Source of the DNA: a virus
Taxonomy: Duplodnaviria > Caudoviricetes
Length of the DNA: 55,223 nt
IMG/VR virus record: IMGVR_UViG_3300025282_000042
Location: 1-55,223 of that record
Strand: one strand, 5' to 3'
This document shows, piece after piece, positions 19,035 to 27,941 of this stretch. A program made the position numbers and the translations under genes. Below the pieces are notes generated by a model, which saw only the letters and a list, made by a program, of their open reading frames with translations, did not search any database and was not told where the DNA came from. Positions within the stretch are counted from its first letter, which is position 1. Every line of letters begins with the position of its first letter.

Positions 19035-19637
19035 CTATGCTAGTGTTACGCTAGGTGCAAGCATCGCTTTGTGATGTGCAAGCCTAACTTCAAGTACTGG
19101 GAATGCTCTTTCTGTCGCAACAGTAATATCATTTCCCGGTTCGTCTTTCACAGCTACTGGATATACATCAATAGCTTGTGTTGCTAGTCTGGTCGCAGCT
19201 TTAATACCAAAACCTGACTGGCCGGTAACAGTTGATCCAGCACCAACAGTCAATCCAAAGAAAGACTGATTAATATCGCCAGCAGAAACAGAAGCATCTG
19301 CCTGAATATAATATGTTGCTGTCGGATCAGTATTTACCATAGCCGTGGCGTTAGTGGCAGAAGTGCCAGTAGGCCAATATTTACTCCATTTTGGTTGTCC
19401 ATCCTGAACATAATGACACCCTTGGAATACACCTACAACAATAGGAGCATCACCAAGAGAAGTGCCACCAACAGTAACTGGTTCACAGTTACCTAAAGTA
19501 GCTTTAACTGTATCACCAGTAAAGATATTTTTTGCCAACCCTGATGCAATAGGAATCTCCTCAAAACCAGTGGAGTTAGCACCAGAGCCACGCATTCTTG
19601 CAGGTTGGAAACCACGGAGAGCTTTTGAAGTACTCAT
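19035..19637 (-). CDS. Capsid decoration/cement protein
   Basis: GF.P.R, IF.GD.V, VGVF.GC.Y and G.TVTG.SG motifs; directly upstream of the MCP. Confidence 0.65.
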   Translation of the reverse strand: MSTSKALRGFQPARMRGSGANSTGFEEIPIASGLAKNIFTGDTVKATLGNCEPVTVGGTSLGDAPIVVGVFQGCHYVQDGQPKWSKYWPTGTSATNATAMVNTDPTATYYIQADASVSAGDINQSFFGLTVGAGSTVTGQSGFGIKAATRLATQAIDVYPVAVKDEPGNDITVATERAFPVLEVRLAHHKAMLAPSVTLA

Positions 19638-19688
19638 ATATTTTCTCCTTTAAAATAAAGTTTCCCTAATAAACCCTCTAACTAGAAA

Positions 19689-20186
19689 CTAATCCTGAAA
19701 ATTAGGACTCCTTCCTCTTGTCACAGAGGATTTACTATTATTAGTTATAGGCATTCTGGAATCAGAGGAGTTCTCTAACTGTGAATTAACTGCAGTCATT
19801 AGATTGTCACTCTTATTCTGGAAATACCTCTGACGGGCAGCGATTTTTCCTTTAGGCATTTTTGCCAAGGCCAAGTCTCCACGACAGACCGTACCGCTAT
19901 ACCGCCCTTCCTCCAGCACGATAGAGGAATGTATCATCTCAGGAACTTCATCTGGAGCTACAAAAGTCCATCCTTCAGCCAACTTCTTTCCAATATTCTG
20001 ATAGTCATCGTTTTCTCTCAGCTTAATTCGTAGCCAACGTAATCCCATATTCTGGTCATCGAAACGATTTTGAACACTATCAGGAATATCTAAAGCATCT
20101 GGCTCTTCGTAAGTCCATTCTGTTTCTTCTCTAGTTTCCAGTTCTCTTTGATTTGCACTTCGCGCATTTTGATTTCGTGTATCCAT
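19689..20186 (-). CDS. Conserved head morphogenesis-region protein
   Basis: ATG at 20186 with GGAGG RBS; RWLR..EGW.FV..GDL.LAKMP motif. Confidence 0.65.
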   Translation of the reverse strand: MDTRNQNARSANQRELETREETEWTYEEPDALDIPDSVQNRFDDQNMGLRWLRIKLRENDDYQNIGKKLAEGWTFVAPDEVPEMIHSSIVLEEGRYSGTVCRGDLALAKMPKGKIAARQRYFQNKSDNLMTAVNSQLENSSDSRMPITNNSKSSVTRGRSPNFQD

Positions 20187-20190
20187 AGTG

Positions 20191-21132
20191 TTAACCTCCA
20201 CGCTGTGTTTGAATAGTTGTATATTCCCCATCGGCTAAATCAGCCTTTCTTTTTTCTGCGGCATATACCTCAAGAGGAATATTCCATTTAGTAGCTAACC
20301 TCACATCTTCTTGTGATAGTTTAACTTTTTTACTGGAACTTGCAGGTTTGCGTGATGCTCCTGCAACCACTTGAGCAGGTTGTGTCGTAACCTGTTCCGA
20401 AACTTCTTCTTCTACCTCCTCATATCTATGAGGAAATTCCTTTTTTAATCTTCTGTCTATTTCTGTATAAAAATCATCGTCAGAAGTATTAAATCCCATC
20501 TGCTTTAATTCAGCATCTATAGCTAAAGCTGCTGCAGTTCTTACTGAGTCTTTACCAAACCATTCATTTTCTGCAGCCCAACTTTGAGCTTTTGGATCAG
20601 GAGCTTGAGGTGCAGCCCTCTTTTGTTCCTGTCTTTGTTCAATTGCTTTTTCATAATTAGAAAGAGCAACTTTTCTTTCACCTAAATTCTGTAAGTCAAG
20701 CTGTGCTTGGTTTAAAGCTTCCTGCGCCTTAAGAACTTTATCTGAATCTCCATCTTCATAAGCTTCTCTATAATTACTTCTTGCTAATTCAATCTTATCT
20801 GTAAGCTGTTGTTCAGAAACTTCTGTACTTACTTTTTGAGTATCAGTAAACTGTTTTTCTCTTGTTAAAATACTTCTTTGCAATTCTTCATTATCTTGCA
20901 TTAGTTTCTGAATCTGCTCATCTCTAGATTTTCTCTGAGAAACTAACTGCCTAATTCTTTTTTGTGCTCCTTTTGTTTCTATCCCGTCAAGTTCTTCTGG
21001 CTCTTCTACAGTTTTTTCTTTAACTTCGACAGGTTTCGTTTCTTTTTTAGGAGCCATCTCTCCTTCAATTTCAAAATCTACTTTTTCTTCCGACACTTCT
21101 ATATTATTCCACCCTTCTTGAGTATCACTCAT
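20191..21132 (-). CDS. Capsid scaffolding protein
   Basis: Acidic N-terminus, long coiled coil, PDPKA.SWA.ENEWFG motif, C-terminal VKLS..V.LA..W.IPLE.YA. Confidence 0.75.
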   Translation of the reverse strand: MSDTQEGWNNIEVSEEKVDFEIEGEMAPKKETKPVEVKEKTVEEPEELDGIETKGAQKRIRQLVSQRKSRDEQIQKLMQDNEELQRSILTREKQFTDTQKVSTEVSEQQLTDKIELARSNYREAYEDGDSDKVLKAQEALNQAQLDLQNLGERKVALSNYEKAIEQRQEQKRAAPQAPDPKAQSWAAENEWFGKDSVRTAAALAIDAELKQMGFNTSDDDFYTEIDRRLKKEFPHRYEEVEEEVSEQVTTQPAQVVAGASRKPASSSKKVKLSQEDVRLATKWNIPLEVYAAEKRKADLADGEYTTIQTQRGG

Positions 21133-21186
21133 TATTTTTCTCCCTTACGTTGCCACGAAAGCAATTCGATTTACGTTAGTGTTCAT

Positions 21187-21216
21187 ATTATACTATAAGT
21201 TATAGTGATCGCGCAA
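21187..21216 (-). promoter_or_regulatory. Sigma70-like promoter for the scaffold/capsid operon, with a palindrome in the spacer
   Basis: TTGCGC-N18-TATAAT on the minus strand; ACTATAA-G-TTATAGT at 21192-21206. Confidence 0.55.
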
Positions 21217-21223
21217 CCCCCTG

Positions 21224-21646
21224 TTAATTAGATAAATTAAATGTTGGGTCTAAATATTTTGGATTTTGTACTTTCAGCAGAATTTGATCATCAAATAAGA
21301 GAATTAATTTAATTCCTTTATACTGCATCTTTACTCCTGCATTTTTACCGTAGCAAACATAGTCTCCTTTTTTACACCACGGTCCTTCAGGAAATTTATC
21401 TTTATCCATATAAGCTAACTTTCCTAAAGTTATAACTCGTCCTACTGTTGTAAGATAAGCCATGTCATCTTTTGTTGAATCGGGAAGAAGAACACCCCCC
21501 TTTGTTTTTGTTTTAACAGAAACGGGACGAACTAGAACATGATATCCCGGTATAGTTGGAAGAGGAGAAGGATCGGAAACTTCCTCCTCCTCCCCAGAAA
21601 TCCACTTATCGTTTATAATTGCTTTGTTTAAAGCTAGTTGTTGCAT
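21224..21646 (-). CDS. groES: Co-chaperonin GroES-like protein
   Basis: P.GY.VLVRP, KTKGG.LLPD, G.V..LG, WCKKGD.V..GK.AG and L.DD.IL motifs. Confidence 0.85.
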   Translation of the reverse strand: MQQLALNKAIINDKWISGEEEEVSDPSPLPTIPGYHVLVRPVSVKTKTKGGVLLPDSTKDDMAYLTTVGRVITLGKLAYMDKDKFPEGPWCKKGDYVCYGKNAGVKMQYKGIKLILLFDDQILLKVQNPKYLDPTFNLSN

Positions 21647-21661
21647 ATTTAATTTTCTCCT

Positions 21662-21859
21662 TTAATCGTCATCATTGTCTGAACGCATTCTTTTCTTAAG
21701 AATATCTCTCAGTGCTTCTCTTGACCATTCTATACCAGCACAGTATCCTACCATATGTTTATAAGTAGGAAAATCATCTGCACTTCCTGCAGCAACTGCT
21801 CTAACTATTGTTTCTAATTCTTTATTATATTTTTGGACGACCTCATCCCAAAGCTCCAT
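21662..21859 (-). CDS. Conserved hypothetical protein between portal and GroES
   Basis: G...DF..YK..VG...G motif; GGAGG RBS. Confidence 0.65.
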   Translation of the reverse strand: MELWDEVVQKYNKELETIVRAVAAGSADDFPTYKHMVGYCAGIEWSREALRDILKKRMRSDNDDD

Positions 21860-22038
21860 GTTTATTCTGCTGCCTCCACAACAGGCTGATTCTGATAGAA
21901 CTCAGGCCATCCAACCATGTTAAAGACATATCCTATTGCCATACCTACACCTATGGCAATTATAATTTTCCAATGCTTGGAGCAACAACTTATTATTCTT
22001 TCACTCCACGCTGTAATACTTGAAATTATGTTCATATA

Positions 22039-24705
22039 TTACTCCTTGTCTGTTTCATTATACTCACCCTTTTCCCCTTCCATTCTGGTTGCCATTTCCG
22101 CAACCTTAATCAAAGTTTCTTGGGCTTGTTTATTTCCTTCTGCCTCGCCTCTTTCTGCTGTATCTATTAATTTTATTAAAGCTTTTAACTGTTCAATATT
22201 ACTTTTTACTGCATCTCCTTTTGAGGCTTGAGACAACTTTGCCAATGTATCCATAACTTTTAGTTCCTGTTCCTGATTTAAATCAGCTTCCTTAACTGCA
22301 GCATTAAATAACATATCTACAGCTTTCATGGATTGTTTAGCAATTCTATCCCTTTCTTTTTCTTCTGACTTACTCTGCTGTTCTGCTCCCTTTTGAACAG
22401 CCTTTACAGCTATTTCAGATTCTTCAATATCTAACTTCCTATTTTCTAAAGCAGCTTCTGTTGCATCAGTTTGTAATTGTATCTGAAGTTTCTGCTGTTC
22501 CAAAGCTAGTCTGGCTTTTTCAATCTCTACCATCTGCTGTTCTGGAGACTGCTGTGGACCCATAGCCATATTTGCATTAAGAACCTGTTGTGCAGCCTGT
22601 GCCATAGCAAGTTCTGCTGTTTGAGGCATTGCTGCTTGATCAGGAGGTAACTGCTCAATCATCTTCCTTGCAACACCATTTACCTGTTCTTGGTATTTCA
22701 TAATTGAATGTTCCTGAATATTAGATTCAAGAAGAGGTTTTATTCTTTGCATAATTGGAGACTTACCATGAGCAGGGTCTTGTAAGTATGCCATCTTTAT
22801 CTGAATATGAGCATCATGATTCTGACCGGGGAAGGACGCAATTGGAACTCCCTTTGTTGCAGCCATAATATCTGAAATAGGATCAAGGGGTTTAGGCTCA
22901 ATCTTTGGAGGAAGTATCTGATCCAGATTCGGCATATTCGCCGCTCCAAGGATTGTTCTATTTAAAGCTTCCAGATTGAACATACCGGGAGGAGACTGTT
23001 GAGATAACTGTAAAGCCATCTGAGCCAACATCATCCTGTGTGCATTAGAGGGAATATTGGGATCAGAAACGGGGATAATATCTACCCTTCCGTCAAAATC
23101 CCTTTTTAGAACGTGTCGGGATTGCCCCGGCACATTGAACGGATATTCATTTGGTAGGTAATCGTGATTGATTCTTCCCAATATCTTTAGCTCATCTCTC
23201 TGCGATTTGTGAAGTCTTTTATGTATAGCACTGAAAAACTTACTTGACGCTTCAAGCAAAGCCATTGTCGTTCCGACAGGACCATATGAGGAAGCATCTG
23301 ATACCATTTTTTCTGTGTTATCAGCAAACTTCTGACCTGCCCCTGAAACAAAGCCAAGCATCTGGAACAGAGTCGAGGAAGGCTCTTTATATGGCAAAGT
23401 AATAATTGCTTTACTTAGGTCCATACCAGTTGCTTCAACTTCTTTAAATTCCCCCGGTGCTATTGGATCATTATCGCCTACAATTCTAACTCCTTTAGCC
23501 TTATATCCCCCCGGTAGGTTCGCAAACTGACCTGCATCAATGAGTGCTCTCATGGCTGCTGTCGCAGTCATTGTGAGATTACCAAGGAAGTGGATCAGTC
23601 CTAACCCGTAAAAACCGAATCCCGGTACGAATCTATAGTGTACAAAATGTAATATTTTTTGTCTCGTTTCGTCGTCGGGCTTGTAGTTTCTACGAATACT
23701 AAGTATTTTTCTTGATTGCTCTTCCAGAGTGACAATGTAGGGAAGAGCAATTCCATCATCGTATTCTGGATCATCTTCCAGTTCTAGATAACAATGCTGC
23801 TCCAATAAAGTATATTGAGGATCATCTGCTCCTGCAGGAGACACACCAAGGATTGTATCCATCTTGGTTGTCATTGCACTTAGCATTGGTATTCCTGCAT
23901 CTGGAAGATCGACATCCATATACATACCTGAAGCTATTTCTCTAGCTAAATCATTTGGACTTCTATAAATAACATGAGTATACCTATCTGCTTTTCTTAA
24001 ATCACTTGCATAATAAGAGACATAGAACTGGTCAATAGGAACAAACTCTGAAACTGGTCTGTCCAAAGAAGCGTCATAATAAATCTTTTTGAATGCTGAA
24101 CCTATCAATGGCAGATGGAAAAGCATTCTTTCAAACTCATCAAAGTATTCTGGCATCTGCTCAGTAAGCTGGTAGTTCATAAACTGCTCTACCCTGTCAG
24201 CTTGCATTTCTTTTTCTGGAGAATAGTCTCCCATGATCTGAGCTTTAACTGGACCAGAAGGAGGAAATAATTCGTTGGATGCTTTTGACTGGAACTTAAC
24301 AGCGTTCTCTACAAGCATTGGATGTACTGCTGTACATGCTCCCTCGAAAGGCTGTGAAGCTTCCTCAAGTTTTAATCCAAGAAGATCGAAGCCTCTTTCA
24401 AACATAGACTCCCATTCATTTCTTGAATCCTTATCTGCAGTAAACTTATCAAAAACTCCTGCAGATATGTCTTCTAAATCTGTATCATCTATGTTTTCAG
24501 CGAGATTTTCAAACCACTCTTCTACTGTGGGCTTTTGTTCAACCTCCAGACTGTCCTCAAAATTGACTACAACTCCCCCATCTGGGGATGCATCAATAGT
24601 AACTGCTTCTCCTATTTCAGCAGACACGCCACCTTGCCCCACAGGAAGGGTAATGATTTCTGCCTGTTGTCCTATTGTTTCATATGGATTTCGTTCAGTT
24701 GCCAT
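22039..24705 (-). CDS. Portal protein
   Basis: SR.EWE..GF.LLG, PFEGAC..VHP.L.E.AV.FQ, LF.LPL.GSAFKKIYYD and PGFGFYGLGLIH motifs; C-terminal coiled-coil barrel; adjacent to TerL. Confidence 0.92.
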   Translation of the reverse strand: MATERNPYETIGQQAEIITLPVGQGGVSAEIGEAVTIDASPDGGVVVNFEDSLEVEQKPTVEEWFENLAENIDDTDLEDISAGVFDKFTADKDSRNEWESMFERGFDLLGLKLEEASQPFEGACTAVHPMLVENAVKFQSKASNELFPPSGPVKAQIMGDYSPEKEMQADRVEQFMNYQLTEQMPEYFDEFERMLFHLPLIGSAFKKIYYDASLDRPVSEFVPIDQFYVSYYASDLRKADRYTHVIYRSPNDLAREIASGMYMDVDLPDAGIPMLSAMTTKMDTILGVSPAGADDPQYTLLEQHCYLELEDDPEYDDGIALPYIVTLEEQSRKILSIRRNYKPDDETRQKILHFVHYRFVPGFGFYGLGLIHFLGNLTMTATAAMRALIDAGQFANLPGGYKAKGVRIVGDNDPIAPGEFKEVEATGMDLSKAIITLPYKEPSSTLFQMLGFVSGAGQKFADNTEKMVSDASSYGPVGTTMALLEASSKFFSAIHKRLHKSQRDELKILGRINHDYLPNEYPFNVPGQSRHVLKRDFDGRVDIIPVSDPNIPSNAHRMMLAQMALQLSQQSPPGMFNLEALNRTILGAANMPNLDQILPPKIEPKPLDPISDIMAATKGVPIASFPGQNHDAHIQIKMAYLQDPAHGKSPIMQRIKPLLESNIQEHSIMKYQEQVNGVARKMIEQLPPDQAAMPQTAELAMAQAAQQVLNANMAMGPQQSPEQQMVEIEKARLALEQQKLQIQLQTDATEAALENRKLDIEESEIAVKAVQKGAEQQSKSEEKERDRIAKQSMKAVDMLFNAAVKEADLNQEQELKVMDTLAKLSQASKGDAVKSNIEQLKALIKLIDTAERGEAEGNKQAQETLIKVAEMATRMEGEKGEYNETDKE

Positions 24706-24765
24706 TCTTATAAGTATCCTTAAATTTTGAAATGTCCCAAGTACTCGCCTTGCACCATTATAACA

Positions 24766-26328
24766 CTAAAAATTCCAGTACGCAACCCTCTGTTGTCTAC
24801 GGGGATTTTCGTCATCTTCCCAAGAGGGATCATCTGGGTGGCCTATACGCCAAGACTCTCTCATATAATGGACTGCCATTGTCAGGGCATCCACCTGATC
24901 ATCATGCTTTGCATGGGGAAAGGTAATTAATTCTTCTACGAGTTCATCTGCCCATCTTTTATTCTTTGGTATCCAAACTCTTCCTGCTTCAAGTAAAGGA
25001 CTTGCTGCATATACCCTTGCAACCTTATCCTTATCTGGTGTATATTCCAGAACTGGCAGACCTCCTCTTCTCATATCCTGTATAAGAGACTGTCCAGAGG
25101 CTTTCTTTTCTACAATACACACATCTGGCTTATACTCATCGTAGAGAAGCTGCGCCATTCTTCTTAGATCAGGGTATTCATAGCGTCCTCTCTGGTTTCC
25201 AAGCAGGATAAGATTACCTCCATAGTATTCTCTTCCCTTATCATCTTCTTCTGCTGTATCAAAAATACCCCATGTCTGTATGACACTGAAATCTGCAGTT
25301 GTTCTTGTACTGAACGCTGTATCATATGTCTGAATTATAAAATCACATTCAGGAGGATCGTCGTAATCCCATTCCTGTATCCACCTCTTCTTTATTACAC
25401 CCCCTTCTTCAGGGGTTGGGTTCTGCATATATAAAGAGTTCCAGTATCTGGACCCATTACTTGCAATAATCTCTTCTTCATCTATTCTTAAAATTTCATC
25501 TGGCTTCCATTCAGGAAAATAGCTTGATCCTACAGGTAAATCCAGTAATTCAGAAGCTTCATCGTCTATCCATGCAGGAATCTTTACAACTTCCCAAGGA
25601 TATGTTACTTCCATATCCATTATTTCCTGTTGTTTTAGCAACCATCCACAGAGATCATCATGATGATACCTTGTATTAATGATAACTATCGCACCATTAG
25701 GCATAATACGGGTTCTTAAGCCAGCAGGATACCATTCCTTGATATATCTCCTACCTGCTTCAGAGAAAGAGTCTTCTTCAGACATTGCATCGTCTAATAT
25801 GGCTATATGTGCACCTCTACCAGCAATCTGGCTTCGCACACCTGCCGCATAGTACGTTCCATTGTGGTTTGTCTTCCACTTTCCTGCTGCCCTTACATCT
25901 GATCTTAGAGTAACCCCCTTGAATATGTCCTGAAACTTGTCCATTCCAACAATATCTCTTACTGATCTACCGAAATCAGAAGATAGTTGGTCACTATGAG
26001 AGATTGTAAGGATTTCGTGCTCTGGATTATTACCTATATACCAAGCAGGGAATAGCTTTGAGCAGATTACAGACTTTGAACTACGAGGAGGAAGAAAGAC
26101 CATAAGCCTTTTTATCTTTCCTTCCTTAACTTTCTGTAATTTATCTGCTAAAACCCTGATGTGCTTCCCCATCTTCCAGTCAGAGACAAGGGTTGGAGCC
26201 ATTAATCTGATAAAAGACAGGAAATCATCATTACATTTGGATGTAATCCTCTGATCCAGTAAGGAATACATCGCAAGAAGACCATCATACTTGCTTATTT
26301 CTGTGTTTTCTATGTTTTGTTCTGTCAT
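24766..26328 (-). CDS. terL: Terminase large subunit
   Basis: Walker A PPRSSKS, Walker B GRGAH.AILDD, TRYH.DDL coupling motif, nuclease motifs DTA, EKKASG and HDDQVDA. Confidence 0.95.
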   Translation of the reverse strand: MTEQNIENTEISKYDGLLAMYSLLDQRITSKCNDDFLSFIRLMAPTLVSDWKMGKHIRVLADKLQKVKEGKIKRLMVFLPPRSSKSVICSKLFPAWYIGNNPEHEILTISHSDQLSSDFGRSVRDIVGMDKFQDIFKGVTLRSDVRAAGKWKTNHNGTYYAAGVRSQIAGRGAHIAILDDAMSEEDSFSEAGRRYIKEWYPAGLRTRIMPNGAIVIINTRYHHDDLCGWLLKQQEIMDMEVTYPWEVVKIPAWIDDEASELLDLPVGSSYFPEWKPDEILRIDEEEIIASNGSRYWNSLYMQNPTPEEGGVIKKRWIQEWDYDDPPECDFIIQTYDTAFSTRTTADFSVIQTWGIFDTAEEDDKGREYYGGNLILLGNQRGRYEYPDLRRMAQLLYDEYKPDVCIVEKKASGQSLIQDMRRGGLPVLEYTPDKDKVARVYAASPLLEAGRVWIPKNKRWADELVEELITFPHAKHDDQVDALTMAVHYMRESWRIGHPDDPSWEDDENPRRQQRVAYWNF

Positions 26329-26417
26329 ATGTTATATATAGTTATTATAAAAGAAGGGAATATTAAAAGATAAATATAAAGTGTATATAATTTAAAGAGT
26401 TTGTCTTGTCTGTGTAG

Positions 26418-26446
26418 ATTATAACATATCTATATAGACTACACAA
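26418..26446 (-). promoter_or_regulatory. Sigma70-like promoter for the terL/portal arm
   Basis: TTGTGT-N17-TATAAT with extended TG on the minus strand; TCTATATAGA palindrome in the spacer. Confidence 0.6.
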
Positions 26447-26638
26447 GCCCCGGTTTGGAATTAATTACCCCAGATGAGAGTGACCCTTGTATTTTTTGTA
26501 AATTTTTGAGAGGTCTGTTTATATATATATGAGTGTGTGCGTGTTTGTGGGGGTGGGTACGCATAATGCGCGACGAAAAATCTCTGGATTTTCAAAGGAA
26601 TTCCTTGGATTTTAAAACCCTTTAGGGTTTTATCTAGT

Positions 26639-26691
26639 CTATTTAGCTCTCCATAGAACGAACTCTACGAGTTCTATGGAGAGCTAAATAG
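26639..26691 (+). repeat. Family-1 hairpin copy A
   Basis: CTATTTAGCTCTCCATA-GAAC-GAACTC-TAC-GAGTTC-TATGGAGAGCTAAATAG. Confidence 0.9.
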
Positions 26692-26874
26692 TTCAGTGGT
26701 TTTGAGGGAAGGTTTTCCAGTTCATCGAAGATGTCCCTACAAAATCACTTCAACGCTACTCTGTAGCGTTCCTTAGAACTTCCAAGCTATTGTTTTAACA
26801 ATAGTTTTTCCAGATCAAAGCCTTTACCAAGGCTTCCTGCACATGATGAAATCCTTTAGGATTTTGAGGAGGAC

Positions 26875-26903
26875 TTGACAGGCTTTGATGAAACTGTTAG
26901 GAA
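26875..26903 (+). promoter_or_regulatory. Possible early sigma70 promoter
   Basis: TTGACA-N17-TAGGAA with TG extension, upstream of the first plus-strand ORF; weak -10. Confidence 0.4.
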
Positions 26904-26956
26904 AATACCCCTGACTTCTTAGGAAGGGGATATTTTACTTATTAGGAGATTTTGCG

Positions 26957-27133
26957 ATGGAGCATTTGACTGGTGTTTTGTGGATCGTTCAAGACTTTGC
27001 AGAGACAAAAGGGGTTATGGTTTCAGTCAGCCCTGATGGAATTGGTTTCGATAGTCACATGCTCTCTACTGGAGAGCATATTGATTGGTCAGTAGATATC
27101 TTGGAGACAGAGATATTTATAAATAATCTTTGA
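26957..27133 (+). CDS. Early hypothetical protein (58 aa, MEHLTGVLW...)
   Basis: Below the ORF-track cutoff; AGGAG RBS, ATG at 26957, TGA ending 27133. Confidence 0.55.
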   Translation: MEHLTGVLWIVQDFAETKGVMVSVSPDGIGFDSHMLSTGEHIDWSVDILETEIFINNL

Positions 27134-27141
27134 CTTTGTAG

Positions 27142-27194
27142 CTATTTATTCCCTCTAGAATGAACTCTAGTGAGTTCTAGAGGGAATTAAATAG
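27142..27194 (+). repeat. Family-1 hairpin copy B
   Basis: CTATTTATTCCCTCTA-GAAT-GAACTC-TAGT-GAGTTC-TAGAGGGAA(T)TAAATAG. Confidence 0.9.
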
Positions 27195-27232
27195 AATTTG
27201 GATTTTTAACCGCCAACTTGGAGGATATTCCT

Positions 27233-27400
27233 ATGGCAAAACGTACAGAGAAGATTTTTCAGTCACAAAGCCCCAAAGGTCGTTGGATTACTTTTGACAA
27301 AGGCAGAGATAAATTTGCCGATATGGTCAAGAGTGGCCGCGCAATTAGGATTTTACATCCTAATGGGAACTCGAAAGTCATCGTAGGAGTTGCTGCATAG
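27233..27400 (+). CDS. Early hypothetical protein (55 aa)
   Basis: GGAGG RBS, ATG at 27233. Confidence 0.6.
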   Translation: MAKRTEKIFQSQSPKGRWITFDKGRDKFADMVKSGRAIRILHPNGNSKVIVGVAA

Positions 27401-27462
27401 CAAAGACTTTTGAAGATGAGGGAGCGTCTTTTGGGACGTTCCCAATTCTTGAACAGTCTTTG
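27401..27462 (+). repeat. Family-2 hairpin copy 1 (RNase III site-like)
   Basis: CAAAGACT..GGGAGCGTC..GACGTTCCC..AGTCTTTG imperfect stem with G.U pairs. Confidence 0.8.
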
Positions 27463-27471
27463 ATTTTGTAA

Positions 27472-27524
27472 CTATTTACTCTCTATAGAATGAACTCTAG
27501 TGAGTTCTATAGAGAGTTAAATAG
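27472..27524 (+). repeat. Family-1 hairpin copy C
   Basis: CTATTTACTCTCTATA-GAAT-GAACTC-TAGT-GAGTTC-TATAGAGAG(T)TAAATAG. Confidence 0.9.
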
Positions 27525-27528
27525 AATT

Positions 27529-27656
27529 TGGTGTTCTTTGTGGAAGATGTGTGATGTGTAGTGCAGTATTTCTTGCCAAAGCATCACTAAGACCAAGTTT
27601 GTCAGCTTGAGCCTTTCCTTTGACAAGAAGGGTCTTCCACAAAGCACACCATTTTT
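27529..27656 (+). ncRNA. Candidate structured ncRNA (three-way junction)
   Basis: 20-bp closing stem 27529-27548/27632-27651, two internal hairpins, then TTTTT. Confidence 0.5.
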
Positions 27657-27678
27657 AACCATAGCAAAGGAGATGGGT

Positions 27679-27849
27679 ATGTCTAGTCGCGTTAAGATTG
27701 AACTTACTTTTGAAGCTGATCTTGATATGGTTCCGGGTTGGGGTCATGAGCCAGAGGATTGGGTAAACTACGTTACACAAAATCTAATGTCGTCAACTTA
27801 TAATTCTTGTGTTACTGTTCACAAAGTTGAAAAGGAAAGAAAAATATAG
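27679..27849 (+). CDS. Early cassette hypothetical protein (56 aa)
   Basis: AAGGAG RBS; ATG at 27679 rather than the upstream TTG of the ORF track. Confidence 0.65.
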   Translation: MSSRVKIELTFEADLDMVPGWGHEPEDWVNYVTQNLMSSTYNSCVTVHKVEKERKI

Positions 27850-27859
27850 ACCTTTTGTA

Positions 27860-27919
27860 AAAGACTTTTGAAGGTGAGGGAATGTCCTATAGGATGTTCC
27901 CTATCCTTGAGTAGTCTTT
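27860..27919 (+). repeat. Family-2 hairpin copy 2
   Basis: AAAGACT..GGGAATGTCCT-AT-AGGATGTTCCC..AGTCTTT, inside an ~90-bp direct repeat at about 27845-27933. Confidence 0.85.
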
Positions 27920-27941
27920 AACCATAGCAAAGGAGATGGGT

